Notes: generated by a model not told the origin, from the letters alone. Counted from the whole stretch's first letter, positions 37,618 to 51,013 are shown. The stretch: 63,533 nt of DNA, filler included, from Octopus bimaculoides (GCF_001194135.2; 5 parts of 5 records of this genome joined end to end with filler, not necessarily neighbours in it), one strand, 5' to 3'. Numbers and translations: made by a program.

Positions 37618-38226
37618 GAAACCGGAAGTGCACCGTATATGCTTATAATTTATAGTGTCTTAGATTGAAGCAGGCTGAAACTTCGTCTAGATTAAAAGTG
37701 CCTGTGGAATACTGTAATAGACTGAGTTCATTTTGGTTTTTAAGGGATTGGGGTAATGATTTGATCTGAGTGAATGGAAATTACTCAAGCTTTCGCTGGT
37801 CCAATAACGTGGTTAATGAGCCTTCTGAACATTCACAAGTTAACACTTGCAGGAAGAATATGGATAGAGAGGGATTTCTAGAGGGCCGATATTCCAGGGA
37901 GTAAGGATTGGATGAAGAAGTTAATGCAGATCTAGAAATACCTGGCCATAGCATAGGTACCGAGAGGATGAGAAACGAGTGGAGATAACACGAAAGCAGC
38001 AACCCAGAAGTAGGGGCTACGGTTAGAAAAGTTGGAAAAGCAGAACGAAGAGATACATTTGTGAATCAGAAGCTAGATTGCGCTGGCGACTGACTGTGTG
38101 TAAATCACTTAAATGGCTTTTTATTTTATTATTCCAAATGTGGGAACATTACTCCATAAGAAGTTAAGGACCGAGGTATTTTTGGTCGTAAAAAGTGAAA
38201 GTAAATTGCGAGAGAAACCGGAAGTG
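37618..38226 (+). promoter_or_regulatory. Two ETS/GABP-type motifs (GAAACCGGAAGTG) in CpG-retaining sequence; candidate promoter
   Basis: CCGGAAGTG at 37622-37630 and 38218-38226. Motif match only; no expression evidence. Confidence 0.35.
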
Positions 38227-39195
38227 ACGATACTAACATCCCATAATTTCATTAAAAGAACTCCCTCATAGTGCCACATCCACAGACACCTACATATACA
38301 GTACCTTCTAGTGATGTGTTAAGTATTTCAGAAGTAGCAACTAAGACATACCGTTTCAATGTACTATACCCAGCAATGAACACACCACTGAAAAGTGGTT
38401 TTCATCTTAAATAAGATATGTGTAGTTTTCATATTAAATGAAATATATGTACTTTCTATAAATTCGTTATGTCACACTGTTTACATAAAATTATGGGATG
38501 TCACAGCTGGTTATCGCATTTTACTTTCATTGTTTTTAGAACAATTTACTTTCACTTTTTCTACGATTGTAAACTGCATGTTAGTCTGTTTTGGGAGTCT
38601 TTGATATGAGAGTCGGTGGCGTACCGTTAGGTATGCAAACCGCAGTGTTGCCAGTTTGTATGCGTGTATATCTGCTGTAGTCGAAGATATATTGCGTTGA
38701 AAGAATGGGCTGCAAAACCCATGCTATATCACTGTAAAAACTTTCAACATTCTTGGTGCGTTTTGTTCATATTTAGGCGGCGTGAGTTACGATATTTTAT
38801 TTTTATGTATCGTGGTTGTATATTTGTACCGTTGAAAGAAATCGATATGATTGTGTTTGAAGAATATTTTCGATGTTTATAATCATAGTCATTTACAAAT
38901 TTGATGTGAAATATATTGGTTGCAAAAGACTAACGAGGGGTGGTATGAACGGTTGGGGTGAATAAAGGTGGTATCTTACTCCAAACAATGAGCGTTGTTT
39001 GGGATGAGATACAGCGAAATGTTAGTTCACCGAAACTGATAGGATTCGCGCAGTATGATCGAATGGAAAGAGATTGGTATGATCGTATTGAAGGATATTT
39101 GCGATGTCTGTAATATCAAAATTAGCGGATCTGTATTAAATGTTATCGAAAAAACAAAACTTGTGTCTGTGTTCTGTGGTTTCTGGATGTGTGTA

Positions 39196-39355
39196 TTCCG
39201 CCGAGGTCGACTTTGTCTTTCATCCATTCGGAGGTCGATAAATTAAGTACCAGTTCCGCACTGGAGTCGATCTAATCGACTTAATCCCTTTGTCTGTCCT
39301 TGTTTGTCCCCTCTATGTTTAGTCCCTTGTGGGCAATAAAGAAATAAGAAACACT
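39196..39355 (+). mobile_element. Family A SINE, 5'-truncated, CpG intact
   Basis: ttccgccgaggtcgactttgtctttcatcc...gggcaataaagaaataaga. Confidence 0.85.
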
Positions 39356-40281
39356 TGGATAATGTTGTCTTAGATACACTTTTTGAATTAAAAAAAAAAA
39401 AGATACTGGATGTAAACGAATATAGAAAAACAAAGTTCTTTGATCATGGCGTTTATGGTCCGCACACACACAGTGTCAAGAACACTTTGATAAGTGTTAG
39501 ATACACTGTCGGAAGATGATAAGTAAAAAAAAACAAAAAAAAACCAAAAAACAGTGATGTTGATAAATGGAATGACTTTGTTCTGGACTGATCAGTTAGC
39601 TACAATAATAACAACCGCTGATTCAACGTTGCAGCACCGAAAACAGACCAAATGATCAAAGGAATCTAACCGAAGCATTCTTGTTTTCCCTTTTTTTTTT
39701 CTTGCTTTTTTCTCCCTCCCCCCACTACCATTTACAATGTATAGGAACTACTATAGCTAATGTATCTTATTATAAAGTGTGATTTGACGGAGGTTTGGCT
39801 GCTATTTCTAGTAGGCTGGACTGGCTGGTTTTTTGTGGGGCAGAATTGTTAAAGCGAAGAAATGCTCGTATTATTTATTTTACGGCTCTTTGTTCTGAGT
39901 TCAAATTATATCGAGGTTAGCTTGTCTTTCATCATTCCAAAGTCGATAAAATAATTAGTTGTTTAGCTCTTCTCCATATGCTTGTGTGTATCTTTTACTT
40001 GTTTCAGTTATTGGACTGCGGCCGTGCTGGGGCAACGCCATGAATGGTTTTAGTCGAATAGATCGACCCTAGTGTTTACTTTTTAAGTCTGGTACTTATT
40101 TATCGGTCTCTTTTGTGGAACTTACTATGTTACAGGAACGTCAACAAACCAACACCAGTTGTCAAGTGGGAGTAAGCAAGCACAGACAGGAAGACACACA
40201 GACATACATAAACGCATACATATATATATATACACACACACACACAACAGGATTCCATAGTTTCCGTCTACCAAATTCACT

Positions 40282-40780
40282 GGATCTTTTTTAAAACGGG
40301 GGCCACATTTTTCATTAATGTTTTACGTAGTGTTTTTGGTACCGAAAGACTTTCAAACTTCGTATACTTATCTATTTTGTGTTGTAGAACAGAAAAATAT
40401 TTTTGTATTCGAATTTATTTCATGTAAAAAATTGTCTTATTTCGATAATTTCAACCAATCACTGACGTCCATTCAGCCGATATACATTAAGTGCCGACTA
40501 CATAAACAAACGATTCTTCGTTTTATTTGCTTTAACCCTAACCCTAACCCTAACCCTAAGGTTAGGGTTAGGGTTAGAGTTAGAGTTAGGGTTAGGGTTA
40601 ATTGTTTCAGAATCGTTTGTTNNNNNNNNNNACAACTTTAACATGGAATAATTTATGGATTTCTTTTTTTTTTAAGAAGACTAAGAGAAAAAGATGTTTT
40701 ATATGACACATTCTACCAGTGTTCCAAGTTTCAAAGTGTTTCGTTAATGAAAAATGTGGCCCCCGTTTTAAAAAAGATCC
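40282..40780. mobile_element. Palindromic MITE, Merlin-like (copy 2), inserted in a family B SINE
   Basis: Perfect 37-bp TIR GGATCTTTTTTAAAACGGGGGCCACATTTTTCATTAA and TSD AATTCACT (40274-40281 and 40781-40788). Central (CCCTAA)n-(TTAGGG)n. Confidence 0.88.
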
Positions 40781-40999
40781 AATTCACTCAGAAGGCATTG
40801 GTCGACTCGGGACTATGATAGAAGACACTTGCTCAAGATGCCGCGCACTGGAACTGAGCTCCGAACTATGTGGTTGCAAAGCGAACTTCTAAACCACACA
40901 GATGCGCGCGCGCATCATTATTAATATCACGCACACAAAGAGTGCCCTACAGAGTAATAAAACGCAACTTTAATTCAACTTGTAAAATATTATGAAAAC

Positions 41000-42020
41000 T
41001 TATACATAGTTATTGAAAATTTATCTCGATATTTTATAGCTCTTCCTTTAGCTAATACCATGGGTTTCACTTGATTAGACAAAGATTTGATTAAATTATT
41101 AATAACGGAATTGACTCTTCTTCATCCAATACAGTACATATGTTTTCATGTGTTGTATTGGATCAAGATCGAGGTTTTGAGTAACTTATTTCAGGGATTT
41201 CCTTCCATGATTTTCCCTACCAAGCTGGTGATATTTTGCTTGTGTGGCATGGGATTCCATCTTCTTGAAAAAGTCTTATCAATTCCTACATTGAAATGGA
41301 TTGATAATAAATGCTTTTAAAATCATTTTTAACCAAAATGAGCTCTGACCAAGATGTCCCCCAAACTGTACCCCTCTACAATAATTCCAAAACCTTTATA
41401 AGTTAACTGTTCCTTGTACATAATCCAACTCTTATACTTCAATTTTGTTGCGCCTCACATATATTTGCTTTGAAATTAAGAGTTGGTAGAATTTGCTTTG
41501 ATCATATTGTATCGTTGACGACCAAAAAGCTAATATTCCTTGTTGCAGACCTCTTTAGTCCAGTTGAACTTTATAGCCTAATCTTTTGAAATCAATGGTT
41601 TCTTTCTTGCAATTCTTCGGTCATATCCAAAGATTTTCAGTACTGTTCTTACACAATATGACGACAGATCCATTGAATTTAACAACCTCTCTAACAGTTG
41701 CAAGTTAATGTTTAATAACTTCTCTCTTACTTGCCTTCTTTCCTCTCTCAGAAGTTGCCTGCGGTCTCCCAGATTTTTTCTTAGTTTGGCTGTGCACCTA
41801 CTTGACAGCTATCCACTGATTAATACAAAAAAAAAACTGAGCTATCTCTCTCTGTTGGTCTTTCCATAATGTTACTAACCATGCCTTTGAGAAAATTCAT
41901 CAACTTCAATTTTTTTCTTCTAATTCTTTTTTTTAATCGTTGAGTTTCAGCAAATTAAAATTAGAATTCATTCAAAAATGATTAAATTCATATTAAATAT
42001 CTGCAAAGAAGAGAAAACGG
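41000..42020 (-). mobile_element. Tc1/mariner transposase remnant
   Basis: Decayed FQEDGIPCHTSK and DLDPIQHM correspond to FQQDNAPCH and SPDLNPIE. Confidence 0.7.
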
Positions 42021-43132
42021 ATCTAATTACTAACAAGTAAAAAATAAAAAATTAGAAAGTGACTAAAAAGAATTTCGATGCTATGCTACTGTGTATATGT
42101 GTGTGTGTGGCTCCTCTTGATTTGGTTACTTTCTTTTTACTTGGCGGAGCCCATCTCTCTCGAGGTCCAAATACAGTAGCGTTCTTTAAGAGAAAGTGTG
42201 CGTAAGAAAGAGAGGAGAGAGTGTCGACCACATTTCTTAACTGGTACTTTAGCTATCGACTCCTGCAAGGATGAAAGGGCGATGTTTTGATGAAAGGTTG
42301 AGTTGACCTCAGTGGAGAGAGCTGGAAGGAATATCACAAAACATTATTATCTCTGATGTAACAACTTTACAAATCAATCGACTTTGTTCGTGTGTGAGGC
42401 ACCGAATTATTGACTAGAATGCCTCTGCGGTTCGAGTTCAACTTTGCCCTTCATTCTTCTGGGCCGATAAAAAGTACTAAATAGAGCGATGGATTGCTGG
42501 AACTGATAGAGAGTTAGACAAAAGATATCTTTCAATATGTGTACCAGCTCTTTGCTTTGCCAGGCTGTATTAGCTCGAATCGACGGTCTTTCTCTTGGAA
42601 AAACATCGGCTGCTTGGAATCAGAAGACACTTGCATATATAGGCAACTGCTAGTTTTCCCGAAAATAATGTTGGTGTGGCCTGCATATACATGTATGACG
42701 CATGGTCGTGATGAAAATTATTTACGTTCATAACTACAATGAAAAACCAAAGTATTACAACCGAACAACACTTCCACTTTCTTCATGTCCCTTCTTTACA
42801 CCCAGCCAATGTAGTTCGCGGTACACTGTCTCTGTAGAGAGCTTCATGGTTAGCATGCTTTTTATCACGCCTGTTTGAATAGAGCCGACCTTGAACGAAA
42901 CACTCATATGCCAATCGTCTTTGAAGTCTCTGTATGGTTGCTCCACTTGCTAGAAATAGCCGTCACATCTCAGTAAAAGCACACTTGTTTTAAAAAAGAT
43001 GTTATTGTGGTTACTTGTGCCGAATATACGAAGAGGAAGTCACAATTGGAACATCTTTAATCCTACTTGTGTTTGCTCAATCAAAAATGTATTCTTGTAC
43101 TTTGTATTATATACATACATACATACATACAT

Positions 43133-43167
<35 letters not shown>

Positions 43168-43186
43168 TAATGTTTATATAATATGG

Positions 43187-43325
43187 GCGATCCTTCGTTT
43201 TTGATCTCCTGAGTGTCGGTATGATAAGACGACGTCATTCACCCTCTTTGTCAGCCTAACCTTTTTATGTCCTGACAGAAGGTTGTGTGGGTGAATGACG
43301 TCGTGTACCAAAACCGAAGGATTGC
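43187..43325. mobile_element. Short palindromic MITE-like element in a TA context
   Basis: GCGATCCTTCGTTTTTG / CAAAACCGAAGGATTGC, with an internal perfect 16-bp inverted pair ACGACGTCATTCACCC / GGGTGAATGACGTCGT. Confidence 0.7.
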
Positions 43326-44048
43326 TATATACCAAGCCCTGGCAAAAGTTTATTGAGTAGGACTGTTTTGTATACCCCTTCTCGAATTCGTTTCTTCATA
43401 ATTTTCTTAATCACATTTTTCAACGAAATTTTACAGATACGTTTTCAAATGTGTAGGTGACGATCATGTCCATAAAATTTATTTTTAAATTTTTAATTTT
43501 TTACTCACAAAGAAAATAATTTCAATAGCTTTCTCGTGATCGTTGCACAACGGAAAACATCCTGACTGATATAAATTTTCACCATGGAATTGGAAGGCGC
43601 GGCGGGAAAAAATTCCGTGTTTACGTTTTAAAAAATTTCGATGTGTTATAGTAGGCTCAAAGTAAAACAGAATTTTATTGTTATTGTCCTACGATTTCCA
43701 AATCCAACTTAATGAATGGCATCAACCAGGATAAAGTCACAGACTATTTATGCATGCAATCATGAGCAAGTAATTCGTAATCTACACCTCCAAAAAATGC
43801 GTTGACATGTTACCGTCGTGAAAAAGCGAAAGTAAATTGTCATAAAATTAATGTATATTACGATAGATGTACATTAGTTGAATTATTAATTATAAAATCA
43901 AATGGCTCTTAAAAGAGGAATTGGCTCGCATTTTTCGAGTGAATCCGCATAAACAGTGCTACTTTTTTTTTTACGACGCTAAACTACATTTATCACTACA
44001 TAATTTCGTTAGGAATTTTTTTTTTAAATGCGATATTAAAAAAGTTTA

Positions 44049-44192
44049 GCGGCGAGTTGGCAGAATCGTTAGCACGCCAGGCGAAACACTTAGCGGCATT
44101 CCTTCTGCCTTCACGTTCCAAGTTCAGATTCCTCTGAGCTCTACTTTACCCTTCATCCTTTCGAGGTACTAGTCAAGTACTGTAGTCCATCG
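44049..44192 (+). mobile_element. Family A SINE, CpG intact
   Basis: GCGGCGAGTTGGCAGAATCGTTAGCACGCCAGGCG...GTTCAGATTCC. Confidence 0.85.
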
Positions 44193-44718
44193 NNNNNNNN
44201 NNNNNNNNNNNNNNNNNNNNNNNNNNNNNNNNNNNNNNNNNNNNNNNNNNNNNNNNNNNNNNNNNNNNNNNNNNNNNNNNNNNNNNNNNNNNNNNNNNNN
44301 NNNNNNNNNNNNNNNNNNNNNNNNNNNNNNNNNNNNNNNNNNNNNNNNNNNNNNNNNNNNNNNNNNNNNNNNNNNNNNNNNNNNNNNNNNNNNNNNNNNN
44401 NNNNNNNNNNNNNNNNNNNNNNNNNNNNNNNNNNNNNNNNNNNNNNNNNNNNNNNNNNNNNNNNNNNNNNNNNNNNNNNNNNNNNNNNNNNNNNNNNNNN
44501 NNNNNNNNNNNNNNNNNNNNNNNNNNNNNNNNNNNNNNNNNNNNNNNNNNNNNNNNNNNNNNNNNNNNNNNNNNNNNNNNNNNNNNNNNNNNNNNNNNNN
44601 NNNNNNNNNNNNNNNNNNNNNNNNNNNNNNNNNNNNNNNNNNNNNNNNNNNNNNNNNNNNNNNNNNNNNNNNNNNNNNNNNNNNNNNNNNNNNNNNNNNN
44701 NNNNNNNNNNNNNNNNNN

Positions 44719-44839
44719 TTTCTTTTTTTTTTAAGAAGACTAAGAGAAAAAGATGTTTTATATGACACATTCTACCAGTGTTCCAAGTTTCAAAGTGTTT
44801 CGTTAATGAAAAATGTGGCCCCCGTTTTAAAAAAGATCC
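44719..44839. mobile_element. Merlin-like MITE right end (copy 3); the rest lies in the gap
   Basis: Appears identical to the last ~120 bp of copy 2. Confidence 0.8.
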
Positions 44840-45129
44840 AGCTAATTTATGAGCGCATAGCAAGTGATGGGTGATAAGATAAGGTTACTAGGGTAAGAAA
44901 TGACCCTGCTTCTTTTCTCTTTTAATAATGCTTGTTCTTGTTTCAACCATGGCTGCCTCTTCGTAAAACAGTAAGGGGAGAGGGTTGCTAGCACATCTTT
45001 ACCATGTGGGGCCCTAACAAAATCCGATAATAGGTATAGATGCAAATCTATCTAATTACTTATCTCCTTCTAAAATCAGGCATAACTTGGCGATCGGTTG
45101 ACTTGCAACACCGTTCTTTGTCTTCAGTT

Positions 45130-45365
45130 TACTTTGTAGAGTGTGTTAACTTGACACGGTCAAGGTGAGCTTTGATTGGCTGTATGCAAATGAGTTCATT
45201 TCTGGAGTCCGGAACTCTCGTGGAAAAACAATTTCGCGCCCGGGGCGCCATGTGTTTTTTAGTCTACATTTTCAGTTTTCCCCCTGAAAGTTTTAAAAAA
45301 TTATACTTGTAAGGGCGCCGAAGTTCGGCTTGCCCGGGGTACCAGCAACCCTAGAGCCAACCCTG
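45130..45365 (-). mobile_element. Probable DNA-transposon end (CAGGG-type terminus) carrying CCAAT, octamer and E2F-like motifs
   Basis: Minus-strand terminus CAGGGTTGGCTCTAGGG; shares about 70 bp with 1970-2035. Confidence 0.45.
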
Positions 45366-48292
45366 TGTTGAGCACGGTATCAAACCTGATAGAGCTGTCC
45401 TATATGATAAAAAAAAAGCATTGCAGTCCGATTCTGTAGTCTTTATATTATGTATGCCATGTGCCCTTTACTTATTTAAGATGCTAAGATTTGATTAGAG
45501 AGAAATTTGGCTACTATTTCAAACACGTCGAACAGCATATAGGCCTTTCGTTGGCTCTGTTGAAAAATAAAATGTATTTATAATGTTGGTGATTTCCTTG
45601 CCCTTGTGGCAAAATCAGGAAACAGTTAACATTACCCCTTATCATCACCGCCACCACCTTCATTATTATATGTTGTCGTTTACCTCCAAGTCCAGCAGAT
45701 CTATGATCGAAGACATTCCAATATATCGCACAATGTGTTCTTTTTTTTCTTTTTTTTTTTTTTCGTAGACGATACAGTTGTGATTCGAAAGAGAGTTTGG
45801 GGGCTATTTTTTGTAGATCGAACGTCCACATAGAGGCTTCCTAGTTGGCTCACTTAATGTTTATTAAAGGCGGTGGAATTGGTGCAAACGTTAAGACAGA
45901 TATGATTGTTGTTAAACCTCAGGCCTGCCACGATCAAGCTAGCCTATGATCGAAAGAGTTCCGGTCATTACCGTTTTTTTGTTTGTTTTTCGTTCTTTTT
46001 CTCAAACATAATATACGTATGACTACATTATAACCCTTACTCCTGTTTTGTTTGTTTCTTTTTATCTCCTGGAGATCGAACTACTATTTTTAGAAGATAC
46101 CGTGACCACGTAGAGACTCCCTATTGGCTCATTCAAACATCGTAATAAGAAAAGAAACAAAAATAGCCGAAGGTTAAGGTCGTGGTGGTAGGTTATGAAC
46201 GCCAAAAGAATGAAGAAGTAAAAGACTGCCTTTCCTTAACCCATCTTTTCTTTATCATAGCTGTCATTATATTGTGGTACCCTTCTGATCCGCTTTTCTC
46301 TTTGTTTTGTTTTTTCTTCTTCCCCGTCCTCAAGTTTCCTGTTTCTATATAACATACCAGCAACTGTTTTGTTGATGGACGAGCTAACGGTGTCTTGTCG
46401 GTTGATTTGTCGGACAATCTCGGTCAACCTTGCCTTCTTTGCCTAACCACCAGCCCAGCACCTCCCTGAAATATTGTTTTTCTTTTCTGCTCTCTTTCTC
46501 ACTTCGACTCTCTTTTCTNNNNNNNNNNCTCTCGTTATTCTTTCACAGTCAGTCAGCTTTCTTGCTCTCTTTTCTTCCTCCCTCCACTTTTTTTTTATTT
46601 CTTCTTTTTCAAACATCCATAGCAAACTCTCTTGTCACTTGGTCCTCCTAGCAAACACTTACTTCCTTAAATAGATCTGTCCAACCAAGGCTAAGCATTC
46701 GCTCACATCAACACTAACACCACCACACAACTACCGCTATCATCGTCACGAATACCACCACCACCACCACTATTTCCATACTCAGATTACAACGACCACC
46801 AACCTCACTGTCGACACTCACTCATCAAAAGCGTTGCAGCCGTGACCATCTCGTCTTTTTTCTTCAAACAGAATATCTAAGATTACATTAACCATTATAG
46901 ACTTCTTCGATGTGTCCTTTTTCCTGTCTTTTTTTTTAAAAGCAGAACTGAAATTGAGGGAGAACTGGTTGCTATCTCTAGTAGATGGGCAACTACGTAG
47001 AAGCTCTCTTTGTTGGCTCCATAAGAATATTTGTGTGAATCAACTATTCGACTCGCACCTCGTCGACCCTGAGTTCAAATCCAGCCATAGTCATCACTCA
47101 TAAACTTGGTAGAATGTATCGTTGTTTTGCTAGTTCTCTCCCTTGACCTTGCAGAACCATCAAAACATGAAGGGAAAAAAGCTGTACTAGCACTAGGATA
47201 TTTTTACTGTAGTACACGTAACATGTATTTCAATTCACCCATCTTTGCTGTTTAGGGACATAATCATTATTGTCAGATCTTTTGGGGAGTATCCTCTTTG
47301 GTAAACAATCACAGTGGTTTCATGTGGAAGAGATCTCCACAATTGTTCAAGCTCACCACTTTGGAATCTTGGTACTTTTCTCCAATTTGAAGAGGAAAAC
47401 CAAGATTTCAAAGTGTTCAGCTTAAACAATTGTGAGGATCTCTATCACATGGAACCATTGATTGCCTTAATCCACAAATATCATATATATTATCACCATC
47501 ATTGTCATTTTTATGTCCATTTTTCCATGCTAGCATGGCTTAGGTAAAACTTTTTTGAGCTGGATGTATATATATTTTGTTCCACCAGTTATCACATGCC
47601 TGCTTTACTATGGAGAAAGTAAACAATGTGACACACTTACACATGCATGCATATATATGATAGGCTCCCTCATAGTTTCCTGCCAATTTCACTCATAAGG
47701 TATTGGTTGGCACAAGGTTATAGTAGAAAACACATCATAACCATGTGATGCAAAGCAAATGATGTAACCACACAGCCTTGCCTATGCCTATCATATATAT
47801 GTATGTGTTTGTCCTGAGCATGACTTCAAACTGCATCAGTTTGTGGGGCCCTGGTTCAGGAATTCCAGGGTTTTGAGGAATATGGAACCATCTCTTGGCC
47901 ACTATTGTTCCCAGGTCTTTTCTGACCCAGAGTAGTAGCTCCTGTCAGGCCCCCAGCTATGAGTTAATTAGCACATTAGGGTTTGCCTACTTATATGCAT
48001 GTGAAGGCTGGATCCAACAAATTCTGTTGAAGAAACTTTCATGGTTTAGAGGGGTGCAGAAAGCAAGATAAGGCAATTTAAGACATCTTGGGTCATTCAC
48101 TGTGTCCTTCTCCATCTCCAGTTGTCTTGACCTGGTCTTGCCATTAGATTAAAGATGGTCACAGACAAGGGAGTGAGGTTGACAAAAGTCACCACACAAG
48201 TCATCAGTCACCCCTGAGAATGTTCTCATCACTCCAATGGATAAACAAATGTGTGTATGTATATGTATGAAATGTTACTATATTTATAAATA

Positions 48293-48626
48293 ACTAGCTG
48301 GCCCTGTGCCATCAAAAGTGATGGCTAATTGTAGTATTTTATACATAAATATGGATGGTAAATCAAATCAATACACTTATCAATGTTCACATACTTCCCT
48401 TGTACACACAGACACACACATACTCACACAGTTGAAACGCTGTTTGATTTTTCTTTTTGGTGTTGAATGTTCACCATCCCACTTCCATTGTACACACATA
48501 CACAGAGTTGAAACCCTATTTGATTTTTTTTCACCCCTTCCTTCCTTATTCATCTACCATCCCTTCCTTTCTCATTCATATGTTGTGACGGCGAAAAACA
48601 CGAGTGTTATTGTTATTATTATAGAT
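48293..48626 (+). mobile_element. Non-autonomous Helitron/Helentron-like element (ACTAG...TATAGAT)
   Basis: Terminal signature of Lep1/DINE-like elements. An inverted relative lies at 53559-53760 and another ACTAG...CCCGG...CCGGG start at 63251. Confidence 0.55.
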
Positions 48627-49949
48627 TATAACATGTGCCTCTGCATAAGGCACATAACTCTGCTTGCTCCAGTTTGCTTGACTGACAAAAGACAAGTTTC
48701 ATGTCCTCTTTATGGTTGAGTTGTTTTGGCAGTAGAGAAAGCAATTTCTCAAGCAAGAAATAAATAAATAAAAATTATGGTATCATATCAGCCATTGTAA
48801 AACAGAACAATGGATGTTTTTTACATGCTAATGTAAGAATTATTGGAAATAGTCTGTAGCACATATTGAGGGATTTCTCTTGAGTCAGATGACAAAAAAA
48901 AAATTCTTGGAATAAAAACATGCTCTGCTTTGTTGCTTGGTTATTATAAATTCCTGCCTCTGTGTTGGGTAGTGGGGGGCAGGAGGACTCTAATGTCTTG
49001 GGAGGTGGTATGTGTATTTATAGTCTGCTGAGTCATGCAACATGTCTATCTTTTAGAGAAGGTGGAAGGACAAAGCAGTCATGTGAGTCTGATTTTAACT
49101 AATCAGTCCTTTAGCTGAGAGAGACAGACAGACAGAAACAGAGGGACAGAGATAGAGACAAAGGAAAGAGAAAAAGAGAGAGAGACTATCTTAATCCTAC
49201 TCTATGCACAGCCAACAGGATGACAGTGACAGGAATCTATTGTTTGGTCCTAACATTCTCAGTGCTGATTCCTGTGACATGAAAAACATTCTTCTGTAAT
49301 CTTTTGTTCCATTCAACACAAAGCTCTCTTCTTGCACATTTTATTTTCTTTATTTTGTATTGTTGTTGTTGCTTAATTAAGTTTTTTCAGCAGTATATCA
49401 GCTGCACCAGTTTTTAGTTTGATCAAGCAAACAAGGTGACATCCTACCAATGAGTACATTTACATTCATTACTTGTCCATAATATTTATTGGGGAAAAAA
49501 AAAAAAAACCACATCAGTCATGCCAATTTGCTTCTTATGAAATAATTAAGTATTTATTACTCCTCATCTTTATTGCTACTCAAATAGAATAACAATGATC
49601 ATGTGTAACTATAGAAGTATATGTTGTATCAATGTCTGTCACTGTTTGTATATTATATTATGTATGTTTGTGAGTGTATAATCATTTTATATCCACTTTT
49701 CCATGCTGGCATAGGTTGGACAGGTTTTCTATGGCAGTGTTTCGTAGTCAGATGCCTGTCTTGTCACCAACCCTTTTCATCACTTGTACTTAGGAACACA
49801 ACTTGCATATTCTAAAACTGAGATATATGTTGTGTGTGTGTGTAGATAGATAATCTACAGATATATATATATATATAGGGAGAAGGGGGAGAAAGAAAGG
49901 TGTGTGTGCATATGTATATTACACATACACAAAAGATACACTTATTAAC

Positions 49950-50956
49950 AAAAGATGTGAAGAAATAGAAAGAAGTCTTGGAGTAAATAAGTCAAGAACA
50001 GCATACCAAATAGTTAAAGATTTATCTAAAAAATGAGTACCTCAATGTGAAGTTGTTGAATATAATTATGGCAAGATAAATATGGCAACTTTTTCTGGCT
50101 GATAGGGAGATTAGCGTAAGGAACTTCACAGCCACAAAGCTGAAGTAGATAGCAATATGCTAAAACAATTAAGAAAGCAAGTCTATTTTAATATACAAGA
50201 ACCTAAAATTACTTCAGAAGTTACACAAGCAATTAGGAAAGTGAAGTGTAATAACTCGTTAAGAACAGATAAAACATGCAAAAACCGATGTTTTGTGGGG
50301 GGTTTTCTGTCTGTCTCAGACTGGTAGGAGGGAGAGACGAAATTATCATCATACAAGAGGTCAAGCCTAATGCTTGTAAACAGTGAACTTCTACACTGAA
50401 GACACTCAAGGTGCCTAATGATGCTGTTAAACAGGGAGATGGATTAAGTTTACTACCCATATAAGCTATGGTAGAATTTGAACTTGGAAGACTCATAACA
50501 AGGCATCCAGTCCAAGGTTCTTATAGTTCTGCTAATCCACCGTTCTAAATTGGTGCTTTTTTTTTTTTTTTTTTACCCAAAAAGATGAAAAGCAAAGTTG
50601 ACTTCAGTGGGATTGAACACAAAACCACACAGTCATAATTGTGTGTGTGTATATATATGTAGATATTTATCTTTTACTAGTTTCACCTCAAGAGCTATGC
50701 CCATATATTTCTTCATTTTTCTATTTCATTTACAAGATTCTTGATGTGAATTCTTGTGTTGAGACAAATCTTGTGTCTTGGGAGGGTCATTGTGCCAATA
50801 ATAATAAACTCAAGTTTCAAGACAAACCCACTTTCAATAAGATAGGCAATATCCTCTGCAGCATGTATTGAGCACTCCTCTCTTGTTTGTCCAACATAAA
50901 CCAACATACATATGCGTGTGTGTGTGTGTGTGTGTCTATGTGTATGTACAAAGGAC

Positions 50957-51013
<57 letters not shown>

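Noticed and set aside
40535-40600. (CCCTAA)n(TTAGGG)n head-to-head as a chromosome fusion scar
   Set aside because: It lies inside a MITE with TIRs and a TSD, and copy 1 also has CCCTAA units.
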